A stretch of DNA of 56,067 nucleotides. Source: Flavobacteriaceae bacterium (GTDB lineage: Bacteria > Bacteroidota > Bacteroidia > UKL13-3). Positions within the stretch are counted from its first letter, which is position 1; the number at the start of each line of letters is the position of its first letter. The DNA lies in assembly GCA_025363675.1 (NCBI GenBank), contig JANYDJ010000156.1, positions 1 through 56,067 on the forward strand, given 5' to 3'. A program made the translations under genes and the position numbers. This document shows, piece by piece, positions 7,950 through 18,529 of the stretch. The notes below the pieces were generated by a model that saw nothing but the letters and a program-made list of their open reading frames with translations, was not told the DNA's origin and did no database searches.

Positions 7950-10900
7950 ATGAAATTTCTAAAAATAATTTTAATTCTATTATTTGTAATTGCAGGGTCT
8001 AAAGGTTTTTCACAAATAATTTTAACAGTAACAGAGGCCGGGGCAGGCAGCAAGAATGGAAGTTCGTGGGCTGATGCAATGGATAGTGTTGGGTTTAGAA
8101 AACAATTGAGAAAGGCTAAGCCGGGCACAGACTTTTGGATAGCAGCAGGAAAATATCATCCGGAAGCATACGTTGATTCTTCTTTCAGAATTCTATGTAA
8201 TCGTGTAAGATTATATGGTGGGTTTTCATCAACAGATACTGCTTTTAGTAGTAGAGACTCTAAAAAGAATGTCACTATTTTAAGTGGTGATATTAAAAAT
8301 GATGATAGTAAAGCTAGCTTTTCAAAAATGAATAGTATGGCGAATAGAGGAGACAATAATTTCCATGTATTAACTATTATAGCATTTAATGGCGGAATAG
8401 ATGACTCTACGTTACTTGATGGTCTTGTTATAGAAGGAGGGGGTAATTCAAAATACGCTAATTGGGGATACTATACTACTATATATAATGCTGTAATTTC
8501 TTCAATGAAAGGTACTGCAATAGAAATGTATTCACAAGATACTAATCATTACTGCAACCCTTTAATCGAGAACTGTGAGTTAAGACAAAATTCCTTCGGC
8601 GTGATAGTGGATGCTACCAGTTTTCTTGGTAGCACTGCCCCTACTTTTGTTAATTGTAGTTTTCATCATAATTATGGACAAGACCAAGAGATGATAGCGA
8701 TGGGAAAAAATAAGATTTCAAGTTCTAAGATATCCTTTTGTAGCTTCGACAGTAATTGGGTAGAGAAGAAAGCCTTTCTTGGAACTGCATTGGTTTCAAT
8801 TGCAGAATGTGCCAAAATAAGAATTGAAAACTCGTCATTCTCTTATAATATAGCAAGTAATACAGTTAAAAGTTATAGTGCGAAATTGGAAATCATAAGG
8901 TGTGCTTTTATAGGAAATAAAAGTTATACAGAGGCTGGAGCAATATTTATGTCAGCAACTAGTAATAAACTGGACAATTTGATTTCAGAGTCAATTTTTG
9001 CAAAAAACTATGCTAATAATGCAGGAGGAGCAATATATATAGAGGGTAGTTACTCAAATACTTTTACAATCAATATTGTTAATTCTACCTTTCTTGAAAA
9101 TAATTCACATAATGACGGTAATGCAATATACGCAGATGGAAAGCAGGCAAACTATGATTCATGTATTATATATAATTCAATTTTTAATGGGAATTCAAAA
9201 TCATATTATAAAAATATTTTTTTTCGCAATATGATGCGGTTCGGGCTACGAAATTGTTTGGTGCAAAATCTTGATTATGAAATGAAAATGCAAAACATCG
9301 ATTCCCACAATGAATGTTATGACGGGAATCCGCGATTTAGGGATACAGCAGACATTGATGGAGCGGATAATATTATAGGAACAGATGATGATGGGCTACA
9401 GTTGGATAGCGGCTCCATAGCATTGAATAGTGGTGACACGGCACTTGTCTCAAACTATATATCTTCTACAGACTATGCTGGAAATCCAAGAATAAATAAT
9501 TGTATAATCGATATGGGAGCGTATGAATCGAACGATTCGATTATGAACTTATATGCAGAACCTGGGAAAGATGTATTAGTTTGCAGAGGCGACTCTATTG
9601 GATTCGCAGCCAGAGGTGGAGGTTGCGGTAGTATATCTTATCAATGGAGAAAAGACGGTGTGAACATACAAGGTCAAACCCAAAAGGATTTAATATTAAA
9701 AAATGTGCAGATGTATGATACCGGATATTATGATGCTGTGGTAAAGAGTTCGAACCAAAGTGATTCTTTCATCACTTCAGCAGCTAAAGTATCAATATAT
9801 CAATTTTGTAATGTGAGATTCGTTACTCCAAATGGAGCGGGAGATAAAAATGGCACAACTTGGGCAAACGCTATGGATAATGATTCTTTTGAAAAAGTTT
9901 TGGGTGTTGCTAAAAAACCGTTTCAGTTTTGGTTAAGCGAAGGCTTATATATGCATCCAACTAAGAAAAGAAGTGGATTTTACCAGATTACACAGAATGG
10001 AATAAGTTTATATGGCGGATTTGCCACTACCGACACTTTGCTTAGTCAAAGAGATTTGATCAAAAGAAAAACAATATTTAGTGGTGATTTTTCTCAAAAT
10101 GATTCCTTGTCTTATTCAATACCTTCAAAGTTGTTTTCAGATTCTTCTCGCCTGGATAACGTACAGAAAATTTTAAAAATATATTTGGATGGTTCATTTT
10201 ATCAAAGCTATGGGTATGATACAGCCGTAATTTTAGATGGCCTTTACTTTAAAGGTGCCGCAGAGTATGATATAACTTCAAATGGGGCGGCAGTCTATTA
10301 CAGCATTAACTACACACCCAATAAAAAGAGCTACTTAATAATTAAGAATTGCCATTTTGAACAGAATTCAGCTAAGCATGGAGCAGGAATATATGTAGAC
10401 GACGGCCTACAGGAACCTCAATCAACTATTATACAAAATACTATTTTTAAGGATAATTATGTAAAGTCTCGTGGAGCTGCTATCCATTATTTTGATCAAG
10501 GGAGCTACCAAAAAAAGTTTGAAAATAAAATAGAAAATAGTTATTTCATTAATAATACTGCAGGAGTTGGAGGTGGTGCGATATATACTTTGAAAAAGTT
10601 TGATATATTGCAGAGCGTTTTCGTAAACAATTCTGCTAACGAAGGTGCTGTTCTGTATGCTTGGCAAAGTCCTGTTTTTCATAATAATTTCTTTTTTTTA
10701 AATTGTACTTTTTCAGCTAATGAGGCAAAAGTTGGCAAAATATTCTACAGGGCTAGTCAGATAATTCCCACTACTGACACCTTTAATTTCCAAAATTGTA
10801 TATTTGGTGGGGCGGGAAAATTTGATACGCTGCTTTTTAATTCGGATCAAGTAAAAGTGATAAATACTAAACTTAGTAACAACATTTTTAAGAATAGTTT

Positions 10901-13900
10901 TGCCAGAAGTGCATGTTTTAATAGCTTTGTTACCGCAAACAATTATATTTCAAATCCGAAGTTTGCAAATCCTGCTGATATTGTTGGAACAGATAGCATA
11001 TACGGAACAGCAGACGATGGTCTTAATCTTAGTAAAAATTCCATTGCATTAAATCATGGAGACACCACAGGTGTAAGTAAATATATAACCAACAATGATA
11101 TTACAGGTTCATCAAGAATAAAAAACTGTGCCTTAGACATAGGTGCTTACGAATTTGAAGATAGTTCTCGAAATGTTCTTCTCAAAACTGTTGCAGATTC
11201 ACTAATTTGTAAAGGAGATACAGTTAAAATGGATGCTGAACTATATGGCTGTTTTTCCAATGTGCGATATCAATGGCGAAGAAATGGGGTTGATATTGCT
11301 GGGGCTTTAAGCAGTAATTTTATTATCAAAGGGTTCAGTGTAAATGATACAGGGACTTATGAAGTGATTGTAAAGTATTATAACACAGATTCCATTATTA
11401 GTCAATCGAAAACTTTATATATATATAAACAATGCAAAGTAATATTTGTAACAGTAAATGGCAGCGGAAATAAGTTGGGAATTGATTGGAATAATGCAAT
11501 AGATAATCAAATACTTAGAACCATGTTGCAAAGCGGAATTCCCAATCAAGAATTTTGGATTGCTAAAGGCATTTATTATCCAGATAAGGATGTTGATTCT
11601 TCTTTTAGAATATTAGCTAACAACACCAAGCTGTATGGCGGTTTTCAAATAACAGATAGCACCTTGGAGCAGCGAACTCCGCTAAAAAATAAAACTATAT
11701 TTAGTGGCGATATTTTACAAAATGATTCAAGCAAGTATTATATAAATTCCAATCTTTTGAATGCTGCCGAAAGAAAGGATAATTGCAACCATGTAGTTAC
11801 TATTATTAGCAAAGTAATTAACAAAATGGATAGGAGCGTTGTGCTTGATGGACTTGTAATATTAGGTGGGAATGCGAGACATAACATTACACAAACAAAA
11901 AAAATTAGTTTATATAATATTGCATTAGATCGTGATATAGGTGGGGGGATATATATACATGGGGGTGATGCTTGTTCTCCTACAATAAGAAATTGTGAGT
12001 TTGTTAATAACAGTGCTCAAGATAGTGGTGGTGGCTACGCATTTATTAATTCTTATAATAATAATATAGTAATCTCAGGATGCATTTTCTATAATAACTT
12101 TGCCAATGGAGGTGCTGGAATATATTGTAGCTCTACATCATGTTTTAATATGAATATTATCAATAGCACATTTTATAATAATGATGCACGAAAAGGTGCT
12201 GTTTATTTATTGAACAGTTCAGCTTCGTTATACTGTGTAAATAGTTCTATTTTTAATTGCATTGTATGGCAGTACACTGGTTATAAAGATAGTACTTTAT
12301 TGTATATATCTAAAGGAAAATTAAAGCTAACAAATAGTTTGCTTCAAAACTTAAAACAAAACTATAATTATATGGCGGGGATGATGGATACCATGGATGT
12401 ATTGGCTGCTTATCCTTTATTTACTGATACAGTCAATGCAGATTTCACCACTCAGAATACTTCAGCTGCGATAAACTGGGGGGATTCAACACTATTAGTG
12501 GGTTATGATCATTATGCCAACAAAGACATCGCTGGAAATAAGCGGATACAATATTGTCAGGTGGATGCGGGTGCCATAGAGTCAAGCGGGACAATTAACT
12601 GTTGCCAAAGTGTATCAATATCTTCTCAGTCAAGCAGTATTAATATTTGTAAAGGTAAAGATACAAGTTTGTTTATTCACCCGTTGGGAAATATCAGAGG
12701 TTTTCAATGGGAGGATAGTAGCGGCGGTAAGTGGACAAAAATAAATGGTGCTATTGATTCAATATACAAAGTATCAAAACTAATATCAAATAAATATTTT
12801 CGATGTGTTCTTAATGGAAAGTGTGATACAGTTTACAGCAATTCAATATATTTAATCCCCATTCTGCCGAATATATATAATTATTCCGATTCTATATGTA
12901 AAGGACAAATATATAAATTCGGAAACCAACAATTAAGCAAAGCAGGTAAATATTATGATACCATTGTTAATTCTACAGGATGTGATAGTATTGTAGCCCT
13001 TACCTTAATTGTTAATGCAGCAACAAATAATATTATTAATGCAACTGTTTGCCCCGGGCAAGGTTATTTATTTAATGGACAAAACATATATAACGCAGGC
13101 GATTATTTTGATACCTTAATAAATGCATCAGGGTGCGATTCATTTTTAACTCTTAAATTACTTGTGAGCCAGCAAATAAAATCAAATGTGAAAGTTGTCA
13201 TTTGCTCAGGATCTGCCTATATGTTTAATGGGAACAATCTAAGTACAAGTGGCACCTATATTGACACAATTGCAAGTTCTTATGGTTGTGATTCAATAAT
13301 AACTTTATCGCTATTGGTTAATCCAGTATCAAATTACCAATTTAAAGACACAATATGTAATGGGCCATATATGTTTGATGGAAAAAAAATAACAAATACT
13401 GGAGTTTATTATGATACTTTATCGAATTACTTAGGATGTGATTCAGTGGTGAAACTGAATTTGTTTGTAAAACCAATACTGCATATTGGTGCGATAACAG
13501 GAAATGCCTCGCCCAATCAATTTGCCACAGAAGATTATAATATAAGTTCAAGTTCTTCAAATTTGTATAATTGGCTTGTAAATGGAGGCGTTATACAGTC
13601 AGGACACGGAACTAATAAAATTTCAGTAAAATGGGGGAATTATAATAGTGCAGCTTCTGTTCAAGTAAGTGGCGATTGTATGGATACATCTTATATTGGT
13701 ATTAATGTGCTTAATGGACTTAACCAAGTCCCGTCATCTGCTCCTAATGTGTATCCCAATCCCACCAGCAATGAAGTAGTAATAGTATTCAACAAGCATT
13801 TTAGAAATTGTCGTGCGAGTTTGTTTAATTACGCAGGCCAACTAATAAAACGTGAGCAACAATTCACAGGAAATAGATTGAACCTAGATGTATCAGCTTA

Positions 13901-13973
13901 TTCTACGGGTGTGTATATTTTGGAAATTGAAACTGACGGGGAGATGTATAGATGCAAAATAAATAAGCTCTAG
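7950..13973 (+). CDS. Large T9SS-secreted protein: three beta-helix (pectin-lyase-like/choice-of-anchor Q-like)+Ig modules, GCDS repeats, type A CTD
   Basis: Signal peptide; FxxNxA...GGAIY repeats; D(M/I/A)GA(Y/I)E x3; YQWR/FQWE Ig motifs; VYPNPT...GVYIL...KINKL C-terminus. Confidence 0.8.
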   Translation: MKFLKIILILLFVIAGSKGFSQIILTVTEAGAGSKNGSSWADAMDSVGFRKQLRKAKPGTDFWIAAGKYHPEAYVDSSFRILCNRVRLYGGFSSTDTAFSSRDSKKNVTILSGDIKNDDSKASFSKMNSMANRGDNNFHVLTIIAFNGGIDDSTLLDGLVIEGGGNSKYANWGYYTTIYNAVISSMKGTAIEMYSQDTNHYCNPLIENCELRQNSFGVIVDATSFLGSTAPTFVNCSFHHNYGQDQEMIAMGKNKISSSKISFCSFDSNWVEKKAFLGTALVSIAECAKIRIENSSFSYNIASNTVKSYSAKLEIIRCAFIGNKSYTEAGAIFMSATSNKLDNLISESIFAKNYANNAGGAIYIEGSYSNTFTINIVNSTFLENNSHNDGNAIYADGKQANYDSCIIYNSIFNGNSKSYYKNIFFRNMMRFGLRNCLVQNLDYEMKMQNIDSHNECYDGNPRFRDTADIDGADNIIGTDDDGLQLDSGSIALNSGDTALVSNYISSTDYAGNPRINNCIIDMGAYESNDSIMNLYAEPGKDVLVCRGDSIGFAARGGGCGSISYQWRKDGVNIQGQTQKDLILKNVQMYDTGYYDAVVKSSNQSDSFITSAAKVSIYQFCNVRFVTPNGAGDKNGTTWANAMDNDSFEKVLGVAKKPFQFWLSEGLYMHPTKKRSGFYQITQNGISLYGGFATTDTLLSQRDLIKRKTIFSGDFSQNDSLSYSIPSKLFSDSSRLDNVQKILKIYLDGSFYQSYGYDTAVILDGLYFKGAAEYDITSNGAAVYYSINYTPNKKSYLIIKNCHFEQNSAKHGAGIYVDDGLQEPQSTIIQNTIFKDNYVKSRGAAIHYFDQGSYQKKFENKIENSYFINNTAGVGGGAIYTLKKFDILQSVFVNNSANEGAVLYAWQSPVFHNNFFFLNCTFSANEAKVGKIFYRASQIIPTTDTFNFQNCIFGGAGKFDTLLFNSDQVKVINTKLSNNIFKNSFARSACFNSFVTANNYISNPKFANPADIVGTDSIYGTADDGLNLSKNSIALNHGDTTGVSKYITNNDITGSSRIKNCALDIGAYEFEDSSRNVLLKTVADSLICKGDTVKMDAELYGCFSNVRYQWRRNGVDIAGALSSNFIIKGFSVNDTGTYEVIVKYYNTDSIISQSKTLYIYKQCKVIFVTVNGSGNKLGIDWNNAIDNQILRTMLQSGIPNQEFWIAKGIYYPDKDVDSSFRILANNTKLYGGFQITDSTLEQRTPLKNKTIFSGDILQNDSSKYYINSNLLNAAERKDNCNHVVTIISKVINKMDRSVVLDGLVILGGNARHNITQTKKISLYNIALDRDIGGGIYIHGGDACSPTIRNCEFVNNSAQDSGGGYAFINSYNNNIVISGCIFYNNFANGGAGIYCSSTSCFNMNIINSTFYNNDARKGAVYLLNSSASLYCVNSSIFNCIVWQYTGYKDSTLLYISKGKLKLTNSLLQNLKQNYNYMAGMMDTMDVLAAYPLFTDTVNADFTTQNTSAAINWGDSTLLVGYDHYANKDIAGNKRIQYCQVDAGAIESSGTINCCQSVSISSQSSSINICKGKDTSLFIHPLGNIRGFQWEDSSGGKWTKINGAIDSIYKVSKLISNKYFRCVLNGKCDTVYSNSIYLIPILPNIYNYSDSICKGQIYKFGNQQLSKAGKYYDTIVNSTGCDSIVALTLIVNAATNNIINATVCPGQGYLFNGQNIYNAGDYFDTLINASGCDSFLTLKLLVSQQIKSNVKVVICSGSAYMFNGNNLSTSGTYIDTIASSYGCDSIITLSLLVNPVSNYQFKDTICNGPYMFDGKKITNTGVYYDTLSNYLGCDSVVKLNLFVKPILHIGAITGNASPNQFATEDYNISSSSSNLYNWLVNGGVIQSGHGTNKISVKWGNYNSAASVQVSGDCMDTSYIGINVLNGLNQVPSSAPNVYPNPTSNEVVIVFNKHFRNCRASLFNYAGQLIKREQQFTGNRLNLDVSAYSTGVYILEIETDGEMYRCKINKL

Positions 13974-14063
13974 TAATTCAGTAAGGAATAAATTTTTAGT
14001 TGAAAACTTTTTGCAACTCACAAATATCCTTTTAGCATCTTTGCATCATTAACTATTATAATT

Positions 14064-15392
14064 ATGGAAAAAGAAAACAGGCACGTTAGTTTATACTCTG
14101 CTATTGCCATTGTGGTGGCCAATATTATAGGTGTAGGCGTTTTTACCAGTTTGGGTTTTCAGGTGCAAGGTGGTTTTACGGATATGCCCGCCCTGCTTTT
14201 GTTATGGGTTGTGGGCGGTATTATAGCTTTGTGTGGTGCACTAACGTATGGAGAGATTGGTACGGTGTTTCCAAAATCAGGTGGCGAGTATCAATACTTA
14301 ACTAATTTGTTTCATCCATTCGTGGGCTTTCTTTCGGGGTGGGTAAGTAGTACTGTTGCTTTTGCGGCACCCGTTGCACTTGCAGGCGTGGCTATGGCAA
14401 CATATATTCACAAGGTATTTCCAGGCATGCACGTTCAGTTAACAGCTATTGGGGTGGTGGGTATTATAACAGCGATACATGCTACCACATTGTCGGGTTT
14501 CAAATTTCAAAATATATTTAGTACCGGAAAGGTTATTCTTATATTAATATTTATTATATGCGGATTTAGTATGGGCGAGCACCAAGTAATGAATTTGCAG
14601 GTAACAGACCATACTTGGGATTTGGTTTTTAGCGGAGGTTTCGCCATCAGTTTGGTATATGTTGCTTATGCATATAGTGGATGGAATGCCGCGGCATACC
14701 TAGCCGGCGAAATAAAAAATCCACGTCGTAATTTACCAAAATCATTGGTGGGCGGAACTATTATAGTGATGTTTTTATATTTCTTGCTCAACTACGTGTT
14801 CTTATATACTATACCTTTAAACGATATAGCAGCTGAGCAAGCCAAAGATTTTAGTAAGCCCGTAGAGGTTGGATATTTTTCAGCCGATTATATATTTGGG
14901 ATAGGAGGGGCTAATACCATGGCTTTGGTTATTGCTATATTATTGGTGAGCACCATTAGTGCTATGGTGATAGCGGGACCACGTGTATTGGCAGCAATGG
15001 GGCAGGATATATCATTGTTAAAATTCTTTTCAAAAACTACCAAAGCAGGCATCCCAGCAAATGCCGTAATCGGGCAAAGTATTGTATCAGTTATATTAAT
15101 ACTTACCGCATCGTTCGATCAATTATTATTATATGTTGGATTCACGTTGCAGTTGTTTACATTCCTCACTGTATTGGGCGTATTTATTATACGCTATCGC
15201 AAATTGAAAGGCCCCCATGGAGCTTATAGAACATTTGGCTATCCCATCACACCTATTATATTTTTGGCATTGAGCGGCTGGAGTTTATGGTTTATAGCAC
15301 ACCATAAACCCAAAGAATCATTATATGGATTGTTGACTTTGGCAGTTGGTGCGGTGGTTTGGTTTGTAGATAGGATGAGGAAGAAGGCGTAG
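14064..15392 (+). CDS. APC family amino acid permease
   Basis: IIGVGVF, YGEIGTVFPKSGGEY, AYSGWN, EIKNPRRNLP, about 12 TM helices. Confidence 0.92.
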   Translation: MEKENRHVSLYSAIAIVVANIIGVGVFTSLGFQVQGGFTDMPALLLLWVVGGIIALCGALTYGEIGTVFPKSGGEYQYLTNLFHPFVGFLSGWVSSTVAFAAPVALAGVAMATYIHKVFPGMHVQLTAIGVVGIITAIHATTLSGFKFQNIFSTGKVILILIFIICGFSMGEHQVMNLQVTDHTWDLVFSGGFAISLVYVAYAYSGWNAAAYLAGEIKNPRRNLPKSLVGGTIIVMFLYFLLNYVFLYTIPLNDIAAEQAKDFSKPVEVGYFSADYIFGIGGANTMALVIAILLVSTISAMVIAGPRVLAAMGQDISLLKFFSKTTKAGIPANAVIGQSIVSVILILTASFDQLLLYVGFTLQLFTFLTVLGVFIIRYRKLKGPHGAYRTFGYPITPIIFLALSGWSLWFIAHHKPKESLYGLLTLAVGAVVWFVDRMRKKA

Positions 15393-15483
15393 CAATTTAT
15401 TGTTTATCAATATTATGTTTCCTTATCCATGCAACCCTTTTGTTGCTTTTGCGGTCTAGTGTTAAAAACCAAGAACTCATGGA

Positions 15484-18123
15484 ATGAAATCTACTTTACT
15501 CACACTTTCTTTAATATTTGTATCTACTATCTTGTTTTCTCAAACTGCTAGCTTTGAGTGGGCTATTAGCATTGAAGGTCAGAATAGTGAAGGTCAGAAA
15601 ATAAATATTGATTCAAAAGGCAATGTATATACAGTAGGCACTTTCATCGACTCCGTTGATTTTGACCCAGGGCCTGCGAAATATTATATTAGAGGAACTC
15701 ATAACAGGAATACTTTTATTGCAAAATATAATCCGCAGGGGAATTTTATTTGGGCAAAATCATATCAATCATCTCGTGTATTTGTTACAGATGTAAAATT
15801 AGATTATTCTGACAACATATATATAGTTGGATATTTTAATGGGGTGTTCGATTTTGATCCAGATACTACAGTATTTAATGTTACAGCTATCGGCAACCCA
15901 GAAACTTTTATAAGCAAATTAGATTCTTCGGGAAGGTTTATTTGGGCAGAAAGTTTCCAATGTAAAAATAGTATCCAATGCAAGTCTATCGATTTTGATA
16001 TATCGAACAATTTATATTTAACAGGAAACTACGCAGGCAAGGTAGATTTTGACCCTGATACCAACACCACTAAATTTTTAACATCAACGGGTAATACTGA
16101 CGATATTTATATGGTTAAATTAGACTCTTTAGGGAAATTGGTTTGGGTAAAATCAATAGGTGCAGCCAAGAGTGATAATGGATATTATATATGTGTAGAT
16201 AAAAATGGCAATAGTTATTCAGTTGGAATTTTTGGTGGTACGGTAGATTTCGATCCCGGTGTATCAACCCATAATATAACATCACAATCAAATAGCGATA
16301 ATTATATTCTCAAACTAGATTCAGTAGGTGGCTTTGTATGGGTTAAGGTTTTCAATTCAGCCACGCAAGGATTGATATACTATAAAGCAATTGATATAGA
16401 TTCTTCTTCCAACATTTGTATATCAGGGAGTTTTTATGGTAAAGTTGAATTTAATCCAGCCTCATCTAGTAGTTCTAGCAAATCAAATGGGGATCATGAT
16501 GCCTTTGTTACAGTATTTGATTCAAATGGGAATTTTAAGTGGGTAAAAAAATGGGGAGGGCCCTTGTATGAATATGCCACTTCAATAATGGATGAAGCAG
16601 GAAATATATACAGCTATGGACGATTCCAAGATAAGGTAGATTTTGACCCAGGAATTGGGAAGGCTAGCTTAACAGCAATTCGTAATTTAGACATGTATAT
16701 TTCAAAACTGAATATGAATGGAAAATTTGAATGGGTAAAAAGAATGGATAACCCTGCATTTATTACTAACAGTTATACCTATCATATTGCAACAGATAAA
16801 TATCACAATATATATGGCATCGGATTTTTTAGCGACACTTTAGATTCCAATCCCGACACGGGGTCTTATTATTTGTATTCACAAGGCAATTATAATAATG
16901 CTTTTATTCAAAAGTTTAGTCAATGCTTTCCTACTTTCTCATCAATGTCAGCAACGCAATGCAGTAGCTTTACACTTTATGGAAAATTATATTATACAAG
17001 TGGTATTTACTCAGACACCATAGTGAATGCAGCAGGCTGCGACAGTATAGTGACTTTAAATTTAACTATCAATAACACTAAATTTTCATTTTCAGATACT
17101 TCCTGTAATACTTATATTTATAGTGGAGATACACTCACAAATTCGGGGATTTATTATGATACTTTGGTCAACTCAAAAGGTTGTGACAGTATTGTTGTGC
17201 TAAATCTGATTGTAAAAAAATCTTCTTTTAAAACTATTTCCACAAAATCATGCGATAGTTATATTTTTATGGGAGACACACTCACAACTTCTGGAACATA
17301 CTATGATACTTTAATAAACTATGTGGGCTGCGACAGTATTGTTATTTTAAAACTTACTGTCAATAATAGTATCATCAACAACATTCAAAGGTCATCATGT
17401 TACAGTTATATATTTAATTTTAAGGTTCTCACCCAGTCTGGTATTTATATTGACACACTCAAAACCAAAGCAGGCTGCGACAGTATTGTTATTCTTGATT
17501 TGTCCATTCATCATAACACTGCCAATACAGTTTATATAAACTCCTGCAAAAATTATTTGTATAATGGAACTCTGTATACAAAATCGGGAGTATACTATGA
17601 TTCTTTATTAACTTTTGCGGGCTGCGATAGTATTGTAACTTTAGTATTGTATATTAGAAATGTAAATACAATCGTTACTCAAAACGGCCCAGCACTAACT
17701 GCCACAGCCTTTGGTGTAGCCTATCAATGGCTCGATTGCAATAACGGATATACGGCAATACCAAATGAAATAAACCAAACATATACTGCAAAAGTTAATG
17801 GCGATTATGCAGTTGCTATTGCTCAAAACCAATGTACGGATACTTCTGCTTGCTACAATGTTTCTAATTTAGGACTTACAACTGCCACAAAAGATTTCAA
17901 TATTTTCCCCAACCCCACAAACGGACGTGTAATAATTGAAAGCAGTATATACTTGTTAAATGCAAAGGTAAATGTATATAATATTACTGGCCAATTAATT
18001 TATCAAAGAACTTGGTGCGGAACAAGCATAATATTTGATATTGCTGAGTACGCAAAAGGAATGTATTATTTCGAAATTATCCAAGGTACACAAATTATGA
18101 GAAGGAAAGTGATAAAGGAATAG
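15484..18123 (+). CDS. T9SS-secreted SBBP-type beta-propeller repeat protein with GCDS repeats
   Basis: Repeated DxxGNxYxxGxFxxxVDFDP...FIxKLDxxGxFxW; IFPNPT...GMYYF...KVIKE CTD. Confidence 0.82.
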   Translation: MKSTLLTLSLIFVSTILFSQTASFEWAISIEGQNSEGQKINIDSKGNVYTVGTFIDSVDFDPGPAKYYIRGTHNRNTFIAKYNPQGNFIWAKSYQSSRVFVTDVKLDYSDNIYIVGYFNGVFDFDPDTTVFNVTAIGNPETFISKLDSSGRFIWAESFQCKNSIQCKSIDFDISNNLYLTGNYAGKVDFDPDTNTTKFLTSTGNTDDIYMVKLDSLGKLVWVKSIGAAKSDNGYYICVDKNGNSYSVGIFGGTVDFDPGVSTHNITSQSNSDNYILKLDSVGGFVWVKVFNSATQGLIYYKAIDIDSSSNICISGSFYGKVEFNPASSSSSSKSNGDHDAFVTVFDSNGNFKWVKKWGGPLYEYATSIMDEAGNIYSYGRFQDKVDFDPGIGKASLTAIRNLDMYISKLNMNGKFEWVKRMDNPAFITNSYTYHIATDKYHNIYGIGFFSDTLDSNPDTGSYYLYSQGNYNNAFIQKFSQCFPTFSSMSATQCSSFTLYGKLYYTSGIYSDTIVNAAGCDSIVTLNLTINNTKFSFSDTSCNTYIYSGDTLTNSGIYYDTLVNSKGCDSIVVLNLIVKKSSFKTISTKSCDSYIFMGDTLTTSGTYYDTLINYVGCDSIVILKLTVNNSIINNIQRSSCYSYIFNFKVLTQSGIYIDTLKTKAGCDSIVILDLSIHHNTANTVYINSCKNYLYNGTLYTKSGVYYDSLLTFAGCDSIVTLVLYIRNVNTIVTQNGPALTATAFGVAYQWLDCNNGYTAIPNEINQTYTAKVNGDYAVAIAQNQCTDTSACYNVSNLGLTTATKDFNIFPNPTNGRVIIESSIYLLNAKVNVYNITGQLIYQRTWCGTSIIFDIAEYAKGMYYFEIIQGTQIMRRKVIKE

Positions 18124-18476
18124 GGAATAAATTGTTTGGGATATTCTCTTTCAGTTCCTTTTACTGTGTCAAGTATGCAGGCCAAAAAATAATCTCAAAA
18201 TTTTCTTAACTTTTATATCTTTTCTGGCAGAGTTTGCGATAGATGAAGGAACCGAAGGTTCGTCTTTTATTATTCCAATTCTAGCAAAAACTATTTTACG
18301 TCTTTCGTTTTCCTACTCATACTTTCTTTTTCCAATATATGCAGGGTTCTTATTTTATTCCGGGACTACTCAAAAACTGTATAATTTACGCAGTTATCAT
18401 AGAGAGGCTAATTGCATTTGTAAAAAATAATACTCTTCCATTTTCACCAACCAAAGGCAGAACCCTTTGTCCTAAT

Positions 18477-18511
18477 TGATACCTGATACTAGCTACTTGA
18501 TACCTTCTACT
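18477..18511. repeat. Degenerate heptamer array downstream of mltG
   Basis: TGATACC TGATACT AGCTACT TGATACC TTCTACT. Confidence 0.5.
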
Positions 18512-18529
18512 ATATAGAATATACTCCCC

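Noticed and set aside
18124-18470. Possible decayed gene between the beta-propeller gene and mltG
   Set aside because: The minus-strand frame from ATG 18441 has many stops and no recognisable motif, so it cannot be supported
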